The position numbers and the translations under genes were made by a program. This document shows, one piece after another, positions 47,949 to 57,718 of a stretch of 64,000 nt of DNA. The stretch comes from Spirochaetia bacterium. GTDB lineage: Bacteria; Spirochaetota; Spirochaetia; SZUA-6; Bin103. The notes under the pieces were generated by a model. It had not been told where the DNA came from. It searched no databases and saw nothing but the letters and a program-made list of their open reading frames with translations. The DNA is taken from contig CBDBDQ010000005.1 in assembly GCA_965203905.1 (NCBI GenBank), positions 7,008,001 through 7,072,000 of the forward strand. Reading direction: 5' to 3'. Position 1 is the stretch's first letter; every line of letters begins with the position of its first letter.

Positions 47949-49520
47949 TCACGTGGCCCCGTCTGACGACGATCCGTACTCCCGATGCCGCAAGCGGTGG
48001 TGGGCGGCACACGACAAGGACAAGTTCCCTGGCTCGGCGCTGCCGCCGAGCGCGAAGGGAACGATGTGGTCGAGCTCCAGCAGGAAGCGGGAGCCGCAGC
48101 GCCGCCCACTGTGCGGATCGACGTAACTGCAGCGGGCGCCGTCGCGGCGCCACACCTCGCGCCGCACGGCTGCGGGAATGTAGCGGGATCGGCGCGCCCG
48201 GTGGGGCGGCTGCGCGCTGCCCCCGGAGGGGCCGTCAGCCGCCGGCTGCGGCCGCGAACGGCCATCGAGCTGCGCCGTCCCTGCCCGCTTCGCTGGCGAA
48301 GGAGCGTGGCGACCGCGATCCGCCGCTGCCGGCGCGGTCGGCCTGCTCTGGTCTGCCGGTGGCGTCGGTACGGTGCCGTGGGACCCACGATCGGCCACCG
48401 ACTTCGCCGACGAAGTAGCGGTACCGGTCGCCACCGCCGCTGGCTTGGCACACACCGGCGTGCTGCACCGGCAAGTCTCGCGCCCCGACGGCGGCGCGGA
48501 CAGCGCGCCCACCGCCGAGGTGCCGGCGTCGCCAATCCCGCGCGCGGGTTCCTCTGCGGACAGCGCTGCGGGCGCCGGGGTGCTGCCACCGGCGCTCGTG
48601 CCCTCCGACGGCGGCGGCACTCCGGGTTGCTCTTGCGCGCCCCGCTTCGCCGGCGAAGTCGCCCCGCCCGCCGGCTCTTCCTGCGTCTTCGGCTCCAGCG
48701 CCTGGCCCGCGCTTGCCTCCCGGCGCCCACCTCTGCGCCCGCGCGGCGGCCGCCCCGGGTCGTAACGCTGCAGGCCGTCCTGCACCAGCCGCTCCACCAA
48801 CTGCCCCAGCGTCAAGTGCGGGTCCACGTGCGACAGCAGACCCCGTAGCTGCTCGATCCCGCACTGACAGGCAGCGTCGATCACCACCTTCAGCTCCCAG
48901 CGGCCCTCGCCCAGCGCCCGCATGCGATCAGCCGGCCGCGCCAGCTCGGGAGCCACCCCGGCCAACAACTGCTTCACCTCGCGGGTGCTCTTGCCGCTCG
49001 CCTGCTCCACCAGTTCCTGCCGCTGCGCCGCGTCCAACGCCGGCACCGCTCGCGCCGACGCCGCTGCCACGGCCCCCGAAGCCCCCGCCTCCAGCGCCGT
49101 CCCCGTGCCGCCCGGCAGCAGCTCCGGTGCCGCGGGTGCGGAGCCGCAGTCCACGGCGGTGGTGGCAGTGCGCTGCAGGAGATCGAAGGTGTTCTGCAAC
49201 TGCGCCGCCGCGCTCAGGGTGAGCGAGCCGTCCTGCAGCCGCTCGCGGGTCCCGGCGGTATCGGAGCACAGGCGCATGGCTTTGATACGGCGCCAGGCGG
49301 CGCCTTCGCTGTAGCCCAGTTCGCGCACCGCGTAGTCGAACAGGCTGCAGAACCCGAGGCGCAGGTGGAGGTGGCGGGCGTGGATCTCGCGCAGGTGGTC
49401 GAGGACGGCGAGCTGCAGCGCCTGCTCGTGCAGGACGAGGGACCTGGTGTGCGCCAGCAGCACCTGGTCGGGGAGTCCGGAGAGCGAGGAGGAGAAGCCG
49501 GTGGCGGTCGCGGTAGCCAT
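47949..49520 (-). CDS. HNH endonuclease with DUF222-like N-terminal region and long low-complexity linker
   Basis: SLFDYAVRELGYSEGAAWRRI N-terminus; RYIPAAVRREVWRRDG.RC..C..LELDHIVP.A.GG....NL...C..HH C-terminus. Confidence 0.9.
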   Translation of the reverse strand: MATATATGFSSSLSGLPDQVLLAHTRSLVLHEQALQLAVLDHLREIHARHLHLRLGFCSLFDYAVRELGYSEGAAWRRIKAMRLCSDTAGTRERLQDGSLTLSAAAQLQNTFDLLQRTATTAVDCGSAPAAPELLPGGTGTALEAGASGAVAAASARAVPALDAAQRQELVEQASGKSTREVKQLLAGVAPELARPADRMRALGEGRWELKVVIDAACQCGIEQLRGLLSHVDPHLTLGQLVERLVQDGLQRYDPGRPPRGRRGGRREASAGQALEPKTQEEPAGGATSPAKRGAQEQPGVPPPSEGTSAGGSTPAPAALSAEEPARGIGDAGTSAVGALSAPPSGRETCRCSTPVCAKPAAVATGTATSSAKSVADRGSHGTVPTPPADQSRPTAPAAADRGRHAPSPAKRAGTAQLDGRSRPQPAADGPSGGSAQPPHRARRSRYIPAAVRREVWRRDGARCSYVDPHSGRRCGSRFLLELDHIVPFALGGSAEPGNLSLSCAAHHRLRHREYGSSSDGAT

Positions 49521-50016
49521 GGCGTAAATATAATCATGACTGAGAAATGGACGGTTTAGGAAAGTCCCGGACCGGCACCTGGAAGGGCTCAGGCCGGCGC
49601 TTGTGGGGTGCTGACGGGCCTGGAGGGCATGGCGGGATGTTCGAAGGGTCGGAGGGGCCGGAACGTGCGGCAGCGGGCCGTCACGAGCAGCGCCAAACCC
49701 GTCAAGTGCTCAGCGTACTTTTTTTGGCACTTTTCGCAGAATCCTGCACCGCGGTGCCGACGTGGCAGCAACGCAGCGGCGGAGACCGGCGTTGCGGGCG
49801 GGCGGCAACGGCTCATACTTGGACACATAGTACAGCGAACGACCCACGTACCCTGAGGCGGCGATCTGGCAGAGGCCGGCCATCACCGCAGCTCGGCCAC
49901 ACACGGGATTCAGACGTCGTTCAGCATGGGATGGCCCTGGCCTGGCGACGGTCCGCGCTGCGCGTGTATCTTAGGCAGCCTACCTTAACGGCTTCGCGTG
50001 GCGCGGCGCGCTACCG

Positions 50017-51123
50017 TCACTGGCCGTAGAACCACTGCAGGCCGATACGGGCTACACGTATTCCATTCAAGGCGTGGAAGTTGACCAACGCAACGCGGTC
50101 GTCATCGATCCAGGTGATCCCCGGATAGCCGTAGTCCCCGTAACCGCCCTCCGGATCCGCGGCTATACAGCGAAACCTGCCCCAGGTCCGGCCCTCATCC
50201 GTGGAGATGGCCGAGGTGAGGGGCGAGCGTACCTTGCCGCGGGCGATCTCAAGCTCGCCTACCCGAACCACCTGCTGCTTCTCGCCGCGATAGAACGCGG
50301 GCGCGAGCGGGTTGTTGCAGTAGATGACCAGCAGGTCTCCGGTAGCCGGGATACGCGTCGCAAGAAACCCGGCACACGGATCGGTAAGCTCCGGGATCAA
50401 CTCCGGCTCGGACCACGTGAGCCCATCGTCCTGCGAATGGGAGCGGGCGAGATACCCGCGCCGCGTGCGACACACCATGAGCAGCCGGCCGCCGTCCAGC
50501 TCGACCACGCTCGGCTCCTCGGTAGCCCCACCGAGATCGACGAAGTTGCTGCTCGGCCACCACGAATACCCGCCGTCGTCCGAGAAGAAACACAGCGCAA
50601 CGCAGTGCTCGCCTCCGGTCAGCCAGAATCCTGCACACGGGATGATGATGCGGCCCGATGACAGCCTGGTGACCTTGTCGGCCTGACTCTGGCACGACGC
50701 CGGGTAGTGGGCCGCGCACACCGGCGAGCTCCAGGTGGCTGCGTCGTCAGACGAGCGCCGCACATAGGCATGCTGGTCCAGAGTGGGCGTGTGATCGCCC
50801 CACCCCTGGGGTCGCGCACTGAGCACCTCGAGCGTGTAGAACAGCAGCACCTCGCCATTGTCGAGGCGCAGCAGGGTCGGCGCGATCGTCTCGAAGTTGC
50901 GCTCCCACGGCAGCGGCGAGAACGGCTCTCCCCAGGTGCGGCCGTCATCCTCGGAGCGGTGCGCCTGGAGCCAGCATTCACCCTTCAGCGGGTTGGTCTC
51001 GATCGCATGAACGAACAACAACGAGCCGTCGTTCAGACGAAGTATGCTGCCGGAAATACCACGGTGGGTACGTTCGGGCGACAGCGCTACTACCACGTTA
51101 TCTTCGAACATACGGCTGCGCAT
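50017..51123 (-). CDS. Sialidase-like BNR/Asp-box protein
   Basis: Five S.D.G.TW-type Asp boxes, EPSVVEL, RSPL, YGYP. Confidence 0.88.
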   Translation of the reverse strand: MRSRMFEDNVVVALSPERTHRGISGSILRLNDGSLLFVHAIETNPLKGECWLQAHRSEDDGRTWGEPFSPLPWERNFETIAPTLLRLDNGEVLLFYTLEVLSARPQGWGDHTPTLDQHAYVRRSSDDAATWSSPVCAAHYPASCQSQADKVTRLSSGRIIIPCAGFWLTGGEHCVALCFFSDDGGYSWWPSSNFVDLGGATEEPSVVELDGGRLLMVCRTRRGYLARSHSQDDGLTWSEPELIPELTDPCAGFLATRIPATGDLLVIYCNNPLAPAFYRGEKQQVVRVGELEIARGKVRSPLTSAISTDEGRTWGRFRCIAADPEGGYGDYGYPGITWIDDDRVALVNFHALNGIRVARIGLQWFYGQ

Positions 51124-51250
51124 GGTAGAATTTTCTCACTGTCTCGTCAACCGCCCGTGGCACCTCCATGTCGGCCTTGACCGCGCTCCAGATTGACACC
51201 ACATCGGACTTGGTGTATGATCGCGACACCCTACAACCAGGAGGGCAAAA

Positions 51251-53227
51251 ATGAATCGCTCTCGAAATTTGGTTCGCTTGCTGCGGCAGTCGCTCTGCTG
51301 CAGCACATTGCTGCTTCTTGTCCCGGCATTTGTCGGCGCACAGGACACCGGCCGCTGGGCTACTCCCGCCGATTTTACGAAGGCCACCGGCAACACGATA
51401 GCGGCGTTCGGCGAAGCTCCCATGCTGCAGGAGATGGTAGCGCAGGGTTTGCTGCCACCTGTTGCCGAGCGCCTGCCTGACGAGCCGCTGGTGGTCAGGG
51501 GAGCCGACGGCATCGGCACCTACGGTGGTAGATTGCGGCTCGTCGCTCAGGGTCCGGTGCCGCCACCCTTCAACCCCGGAATGGTCGACACGATGATGGC
51601 GGAACACGACTTTGGCGTCGGTCTGCATCCCAACGTCGGCTGGATCGAGATGATGGATGACATGGGCAAGGAGTGGCTAATCCGTCTGCGGCCGGGCATG
51701 AAGTGGTCCAACGGCGATCCATTCACCGCCGATGACGCCCTGTTCTGGTATCAAGACATCGCTCTCAATACCGACTTGACGCCGGCTCTCGGCGGCTATC
51801 TGAAGGTCGCCGGCGAAGTCATGCAGTTGGAGAAGCTGGACGACCACTCCTACAAGCTGAGCGCCTCGCAGCCGTTCGATTACGCCAGGCCCAGGAGCGC
51901 CATCTGGTACTTTTCCAACGTATTCCCAAGCAACTACCTGAAGCAGTTTCATCCTGCTTACAAAGATTCCGGAGAACTGGACAAGAGTGTGCAGGAAGCC
52001 GGCTTCGACACCTGGACGCAACTGTTCCTCGACCGCGCCGACCGGCATCAGGTACGCAACCCGGACTTCCCCACGATCATGCCATGGAAGATCAAGAGTC
52101 CGGCTCCGGCTACGCCCGTGGTCTACACCAGAAATCCCTATTACCATGTCGTCGATGAAGTCGGCAACCAGCTCCCCTACATTGACGAGTTGCACACCAC
52201 GATCGTGCAGAACGCCGAGACCGTCAATCTGAAGATCCTGGCGGGAGAGGTCGATTGGGCGTACGCCGGCAGTGCCGGATCGCTGTATCCGTTGCTGAAG
52301 GAGGCCGAAGCCAGAGACCAGAAGATAACGGTCGCCCGCTGGCGCGAAGCGGAGACCAACGCGGCCACGATCTACTTCAACATGAACCACAAGGATCCCG
52401 TGCTCAAGGAGATTTTCCAGGACAAGCGGTTCCGGTTCGCGGTTTCCTACAGTCTCGATCGGGAAACCATAAACGAGCTCATCTACCTGGGGGTGCTGGA
52501 GCCGTATCAGGTAGCCCCGCTGCAGGGCGGACGCTTCTATCATGACCGCCTCGCGCACACGGCGGTGGAGTACGACGTGGACCGTGCCAACCGCCTGCTC
52601 GACGAGATGGGCCTGGACCAGAAGGACGACGAGGGTATCCGGCTGCGCCCCGACGGCAAGAAACTGTTCATCACCATGATCACGTTTCCGATGTGGGGGA
52701 GCTTTCCGGAGGCAGCCGAGTTGGGTGAGATCCTTGCCGACAACCTCAAGGAGGTCGGCATCGAGATCAACCTCAGGATAATGGACCACGCGCTGTGGGA
52801 CGAGCGCACCAAGGCGAATGACTTCGATGCCTTCTACGGTGGCGGCACCTGGGGGCTGTTGGAGGGCACCTACCTGAGTGGCACCGGACTGCCGCATTGG
52901 ACCACGACCCACCTCAGTTTCCACGCGCTGCAGTGGAACCTGTGGAAGGACAGCGACGGCGCCATGGGGGAGCAGCCGCCGCCGGCCATGGTGGACGCGT
53001 ATGCCGCCTATGACGCCGCCAAGAACTCCTTCGACGCCGCGGAGCAGGAGCGCTACATGAAGCAGGTTCTCGACATAGCCGCCGACAACCTGTGGACCGT
53101 CGGACTGCTCACCAAGTTCGGTCGGGTGATGGTGTTCAACGCCAAGCTGGCCAATGTTCCCACCGTAAACCGCAACTGGTGGCGTGGTGACAAGGGGCGC
53201 CCCGAGCTCTACTACTGGAAGGAATAG
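51251..53227 (+). CDS. ABC substrate-binding protein, family 5
   Basis: EAPML..V..G.LPPVAERLP, LRPGMKWSNG, RNPYY..VD..GNQLPYID. Confidence 0.93.
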   Translation: MNRSRNLVRLLRQSLCCSTLLLLVPAFVGAQDTGRWATPADFTKATGNTIAAFGEAPMLQEMVAQGLLPPVAERLPDEPLVVRGADGIGTYGGRLRLVAQGPVPPPFNPGMVDTMMAEHDFGVGLHPNVGWIEMMDDMGKEWLIRLRPGMKWSNGDPFTADDALFWYQDIALNTDLTPALGGYLKVAGEVMQLEKLDDHSYKLSASQPFDYARPRSAIWYFSNVFPSNYLKQFHPAYKDSGELDKSVQEAGFDTWTQLFLDRADRHQVRNPDFPTIMPWKIKSPAPATPVVYTRNPYYHVVDEVGNQLPYIDELHTTIVQNAETVNLKILAGEVDWAYAGSAGSLYPLLKEAEARDQKITVARWREAETNAATIYFNMNHKDPVLKEIFQDKRFRFAVSYSLDRETINELIYLGVLEPYQVAPLQGGRFYHDRLAHTAVEYDVDRANRLLDEMGLDQKDDEGIRLRPDGKKLFITMITFPMWGSFPEAAELGEILADNLKEVGIEINLRIMDHALWDERTKANDFDAFYGGGTWGLLEGTYLSGTGLPHWTTTHLSFHALQWNLWKDSDGAMGEQPPPAMVDAYAAYDAAKNSFDAAEQERYMKQVLDIAADNLWTVGLLTKFGRVMVFNAKLANVPTVNRNWWRGDKGRPELYYWKE

Positions 53228-53256
53228 CGGCGGGCAATCGAGCTTCACGATACGCT

Positions 53257-53296
53257 CGTGCGGGGCATCGGCCGGCCATAGCCGATACCCCGCACG
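53257..53296 (+). terminator. Stem-loop after the binding-protein gene
   Basis: CGTGCGGGGCATCGGC...GCCGATACCCCGCACG. Confidence 0.6.
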
Positions 53297-53326
53297 GCTC
53301 CAGCACACAGTCAACAGCGATCGGAC

Positions 53327-54310
53327 ATGGCAACCTACATCAGTCGCCGTCTCTTGTTGATGGTCCCTACCCTGCTGCTCATTTCGGTGATCGCCTACGG
53401 CGTCATCGAGCTACCGCCCGGGGACTTCGTCACCACCCGGATCGGACAATTGATCGAGCAGGGCGAGTATTCGGAGGAGGCCTTGCAGAACCTCCGCCAC
53501 CGTTACGGTCTGGATCGGCCCCTGTACTATCGCTATTTCAAATGGCTGAGCCGGTTCCTGATCGGAGATCTCGGCTATTCTCTGTCCTGGAACAAACCGG
53601 TACGGGAGCTGCTCCTGGCTCGCTTCGTGCTTACCGCACTGGTTGCCCTGCTGTCCCTGCTGTTCACCTGGGTGGTGGCGTTTCCCATCGGCATCTACTC
53701 GGCAATCAACAAGTACTCCGTCACCGACTTCCTGTGGACCATCGTCGGCTTCGTGGGCCTGGCCATCCCCAATTTCCTGTTCGCCCTGATCCTCATGTAC
53801 CTCTCCTACAAGTATCTGCCGACGGTGGGGATCGGAGGACTGTTCTCGGAACGTTACCTGACGGAGCCGTGGAGCTTTGCCAAGTTGCTCGATCTGCTGG
53901 CTCATCTGTGGATACCGGTCGTAGTAATCGGTACGGCGGGCACCGCCGGACTCATTCGCATCGTCCGTGCCAACCTCATCGACGAACTGAAGAAGCCGTA
54001 TGTCAGCATGGCGCGCTCGCGCGGAATCAGTGAGGCCCGGGTCATCCTCAAGTATCCGGTGCGCATTGCCATCAATCCGTTCCTGTCGACCGTGGGCTGG
54101 GTACTGCCCAGTCTGATTGCCGGTGAGACCATCACCTCGGTGGTGCTCGGGCTGCCCACCGCCGGCCCCCTGTTTCTGGAATCATTGCGGCGCCAGGACA
54201 TGCAACTGGCCGGCGCATTCGTCATGTTGAGCGCCATTCTTACCGTTGTCGGCACGTTGCTTTCCGATATCCTGTTGGCCATCGTCGACCCTCGAATCCG
54301 GTATCGCTGA
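53327..54310 (+). CDS. Oligopeptide ABC permease (OppB-like)
   Basis: YISRRLL, LPPGDF, ARSRG, VDPRIRY. Confidence 0.93.
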   Translation: MATYISRRLLLMVPTLLLISVIAYGVIELPPGDFVTTRIGQLIEQGEYSEEALQNLRHRYGLDRPLYYRYFKWLSRFLIGDLGYSLSWNKPVRELLLARFVLTALVALLSLLFTWVVAFPIGIYSAINKYSVTDFLWTIVGFVGLAIPNFLFALILMYLSYKYLPTVGIGGLFSERYLTEPWSFAKLLDLLAHLWIPVVVIGTAGTAGLIRIVRANLIDELKKPYVSMARSRGISEARVILKYPVRIAINPFLSTVGWVLPSLIAGETITSVVLGLPTAGPLFLESLRRQDMQLAGAFVMLSAILTVVGTLLSDILLAIVDPRIRYR

Positions 54311-54321
54311 GAGGCCGGCAA

Positions 54322-55434
54322 GTGGCTACCGCATTGCTTCACAACGAACCCGGAATGAAAGAAACCGCCGGCCAATGGCAACTCATTTGGGGCAAGTTCA
54401 GCAATCATCGCCTGGCGGTGGCAGGTGGCATTGTAGTCTTTTTGCTCTATCTCACGGCACTGTTCGCGGAGTGGGTCGCGCCTTACGATCCCTATCATCG
54501 CACCGTCAAGCAGGCCAATGCACCGCCCACCAGGATCCGCATCTACGACGCCGAGGAGCACCGTGTAAGGTGGCCTTTCATCTACGCGTGGGACCAGCAC
54601 CGAGACCCGGAGACGCTCGGTCTGCGGTACCGTCTCAACACCGAGCAGCGCCATCCACTACGTGTCTTCGTACGCGGCGACTCGTACCAGTTATGGGGTT
54701 TGTTTCACAGCAATTACCACCTTCTGGGAGTCCAAGGGGAGCAGAAAATCTATCTTCTCGGTGCCGACCAGCAAGGCCGTGATCTCTTCTCTCGGGTTGT
54801 ATACGGAACCCGGATATCGTTGACCATCGGGCTCATCGGGGTAGCCATGAGTTTCACCCTCGGCATCGTATTGGGAGGCATATCGGGCTACTTTGGAGGC
54901 ATTGCGGACGTCATCATTCAGAGAGTCATCGAGGTGCTGATTTCGATTCCTTCTCTGCCGCTGTGGATGGCATTGAGTGCCGCCATACCGCTGGAGTGGA
55001 AGATCACCAAGGTGTTCTTTGGCATCACCATCATCCTGTCCCTGTTGGGATGGCCGGGAATGGCCCGCGAAGTCCGTGGCAAGCTCCTGTCGCTGCGCCA
55101 GGAGGATTTCGTGATTACCGCACGGCTCGATGGCGCGGGCAGGCTGAGGATCATCGTGCGCCACATGATCCCCTCATTCCTGAGTCACATCATCGCCACC
55201 GGGACGCTGGCGATCCCGGGGATGATCATCGGCGAAACCAGCCTGAGCTTCCTGGGAATCGGTCTGCGTCCTCCCGCCATCAGTTGGGGCGTGCTGCTGC
55301 AATCTGCGCAGAACATTCAGGCAGTGGCGGCAACGCCCTGGCTCCTGCTGCCGGCCGGGTTCGTGATCGTGGCGGTGCTGGCGTTCAATTTTCTGGGCGA
55401 CGGCTTGCGCGACGCCGCCGACCCCTACGAGTAA
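54322..55434 (+). CDS. Oligopeptide ABC permease (OppC-like)
   Basis: LGADQQGRD, GETSLSFLG, GDGLRDAADP; start may be ATG 54355. Confidence 0.92.
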   Translation: MATALLHNEPGMKETAGQWQLIWGKFSNHRLAVAGGIVVFLLYLTALFAEWVAPYDPYHRTVKQANAPPTRIRIYDAEEHRVRWPFIYAWDQHRDPETLGLRYRLNTEQRHPLRVFVRGDSYQLWGLFHSNYHLLGVQGEQKIYLLGADQQGRDLFSRVVYGTRISLTIGLIGVAMSFTLGIVLGGISGYFGGIADVIIQRVIEVLISIPSLPLWMALSAAIPLEWKITKVFFGITIILSLLGWPGMAREVRGKLLSLRQEDFVITARLDGAGRLRIIVRHMIPSFLSHIIATGTLAIPGMIIGETSLSFLGIGLRPPAISWGVLLQSAQNIQAVAATPWLLLPAGFVIVAVLAFNFLGDGLRDAADPYE

Positions 55435-55436
55435 TC

Positions 55437-56492
55437 ATGCGTAAGCAGCCGGCAGGACATGACGTATCACGAAAACTGCTTGAGATTGATCGGCTCAAAA
55501 TTGAATTCGCTACCGAACGGGGCATCGTCAAGGCGGTCGATGGCATCTCTTTCTCGGTCCGACGAGAGACCACCATCGGGCTCGTCGGTGAGAGTGGGTG
55601 CGGGAAGTCGGTAACCGCGCACTCGATCCTTCAGATCCTCACCCCACCGGGAAGAATCGTCGACGGCAGGATCCTCTACTATGACAACGACACGCCGGAC
55701 CCCGTGGACTTGGCTCGGCTCGATCCAAAGGGCCGGGAGATGCGCGCAATTCGCGGCAGCGCCATCTCCATCATCTTTCAGGAACCGATGACCTGCCTGA
55801 GCCCCGTGCATACCATCGGCAACCAGATCGTCGAGTCGCTGCGCGTCCACGAGAGAGGGATATCCCGATCCGCCGCGCGCGACCGGGCCGTGGAGCTGTT
55901 ACGGATGGTGGGCATGCCGGCGCCCGAGAGCCGCATCGACGCGCACAGCTTCGAGCTGAGTGGCGGCATGCGGCAGCGAGCCATGATCGCGGTTGCGATT
56001 TCCGCCGGTCCCGAGCTGCTGATAGCGGATGAGCCTACGACGGCGGTCGACGTCACCATCCAGGCCAAGGTCCTCGCCCTGCTCAAGCAGTTGCAGCGCG
56101 AGACTTCGATGTCGGTCCTCTTCATCACCCATGATCTGGGGATCATCGCCGACATGAGCGACGATGTGGTCGTGATGTACCTCGGCAAGATTCTCGAAGC
56201 AGGTACTCTTGAGCGGATCTTCAAGGCGCCCCTACACCCCTATACCCATGCGCTGCTGGGCTGTGTTCCACGCTTGAGTCATGTCCCCAAGGAGTTGCTC
56301 AGCGTGATCCCGGGGGCCGTTCCCGACCCTTCTGCGCGGCCGCCGGGGTGTCCGTTCAGCAGTCGCTGCGGCAGCTTCAAGGCAGGAGTCTGCGATCGGC
56401 ACATGCCCGCCCTGGTTGAAATCGAGGCTGATCATCGGGTCGCCTGTTTTCTGCATTCGGACCAGGTCGAGAATCCCGAGGGGCGGGCATGA
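55437..56492 (+). CDS. Oligopeptide ABC ATP-binding protein (OppD-like)
   Basis: GESGCGKS, LSGGMRQR, ADEPTT; start at ATG 55437. Confidence 0.92.
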   Translation: MRKQPAGHDVSRKLLEIDRLKIEFATERGIVKAVDGISFSVRRETTIGLVGESGCGKSVTAHSILQILTPPGRIVDGRILYYDNDTPDPVDLARLDPKGREMRAIRGSAISIIFQEPMTCLSPVHTIGNQIVESLRVHERGISRSAARDRAVELLRMVGMPAPESRIDAHSFELSGGMRQRAMIAVAISAGPELLIADEPTTAVDVTIQAKVLALLKQLQRETSMSVLFITHDLGIIADMSDDVVVMYLGKILEAGTLERIFKAPLHPYTHALLGCVPRLSHVPKELLSVIPGAVPDPSARPPGCPFSSRCGSFKAGVCDRHMPALVEIEADHRVACFLHSDQVENPEGRA

Positions 56493-57529
56493 CGGCGCCG
56501 TCCGCGAGCGCAGCCGTGCTCAAGGTTCGTGGTCTGAAAAAGTACTTTCCGCTGCAACGCGGGGTGTTCAAGCGCACCGTGGGATGGATTCCGGCGGTGG
56601 ACGACGTCAGCTTCACGCTGCATGAAGGCGAAACGCTGGGGGTGGTGGGGGAGAGCGGGTGTGGCAAGACCACCATGATCAAGAGCATCATCCGCGCCAC
56701 CGACCCGACCGCCGGCAGCGTACTGTTCAAGCACGATGATGGCTTCGTCGACATGGCGAGATTGCAGGGCGACGAGTTGAAACGGGCCTGGGAACGAATG
56801 CGGATGGTCTTTCAGGATCCCAACTCGTCGCTCAATCCGCGGATGACGGTAGGCGACATCATCGCCGAGCCGATCATCATGCACGGCATCCGCAAGTCCA
56901 AGCGGATGGCGTATGAGATGGCTCAGGAGCTGATGACGAAGGTGGGCCTGAACGCGCTCCACATACGGCACTACCCGCACGCGTTCAGCGGCGGTCAGCG
57001 GCAGCGCATAGTGATCGCACGGGCGCTCTCCTCCGGCCCCAAGCTGCTGCTCGCGGACGAGCCCACCTCGGCCTTGGATGTGTCGGTTCAGTCCCAGATC
57101 CTCAATCTCCTCATGACGCTGCAGAAGGAGATGCAGCTTGCGTTCATCTATGTCTCCCATGATCTGCGGGTGGTTCGTCTGGTGAGTGATTCGCTTGCGG
57201 TCATGTACCTCGGCAAGTTCGTGGAGTCCGGGCGTACCGGCGACGTGTACGAAGACGTGCTGCATCCCTACACGCAAGCGCTCATGTCGGCGATTCCCGA
57301 CCCCGACATCGGCAATCCGATGCAGCCGATTCTGCTGCAAGGGGAGATTCCGGACCCCTCGGCGCGGCCCGCGGGGTGTCCGTTCCATCCGCGCTGCGCC
57401 TACGCGGTGGCGAGTTGCCAGGCGAACGAGCCCCGGCTGGAGGCACTTGAAACCAAGGATCACCGAGTAGCCTGTTCGCTCGCCGCCGAGATTCGTGTGC
57501 AACGCCCGTCGCGGGCCAGGCGGGCGTAG
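56489..57529 (+). CDS. Oligopeptide ABC ATP-binding protein (OppF-like)
   Basis: GESGCGKTT, FSGGQRQR, ADEP. Confidence 0.93.
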   Translation: MTAPSASAAVLKVRGLKKYFPLQRGVFKRTVGWIPAVDDVSFTLHEGETLGVVGESGCGKTTMIKSIIRATDPTAGSVLFKHDDGFVDMARLQGDELKRAWERMRMVFQDPNSSLNPRMTVGDIIAEPIIMHGIRKSKRMAYEMAQELMTKVGLNALHIRHYPHAFSGGQRQRIVIARALSSGPKLLLADEPTSALDVSVQSQILNLLMTLQKEMQLAFIYVSHDLRVVRLVSDSLAVMYLGKFVESGRTGDVYEDVLHPYTQALMSAIPDPDIGNPMQPILLQGEIPDPSARPAGCPFHPRCAYAVASCQANEPRLEALETKDHRVACSLAAEIRVQRPSRARRA

Positions 57530-57718
57530 GGGCGTCGGCGACGCGGGGGAGCACGCGTCGGTGCGAGCACCACGCGTCCTCGACAGAGAACGTCCCCCAT
57601 GTCCCCGGTGGCACCCGCCTCCACCGCCAGACGGCGCGTCCCGCCGCCTCTGTCCACTGGCAAGTTGGCAACTCCGTGAAGATTGGCGTGCTGCAGTGCG
57701 TGTGGCAGGATGGCCGGC

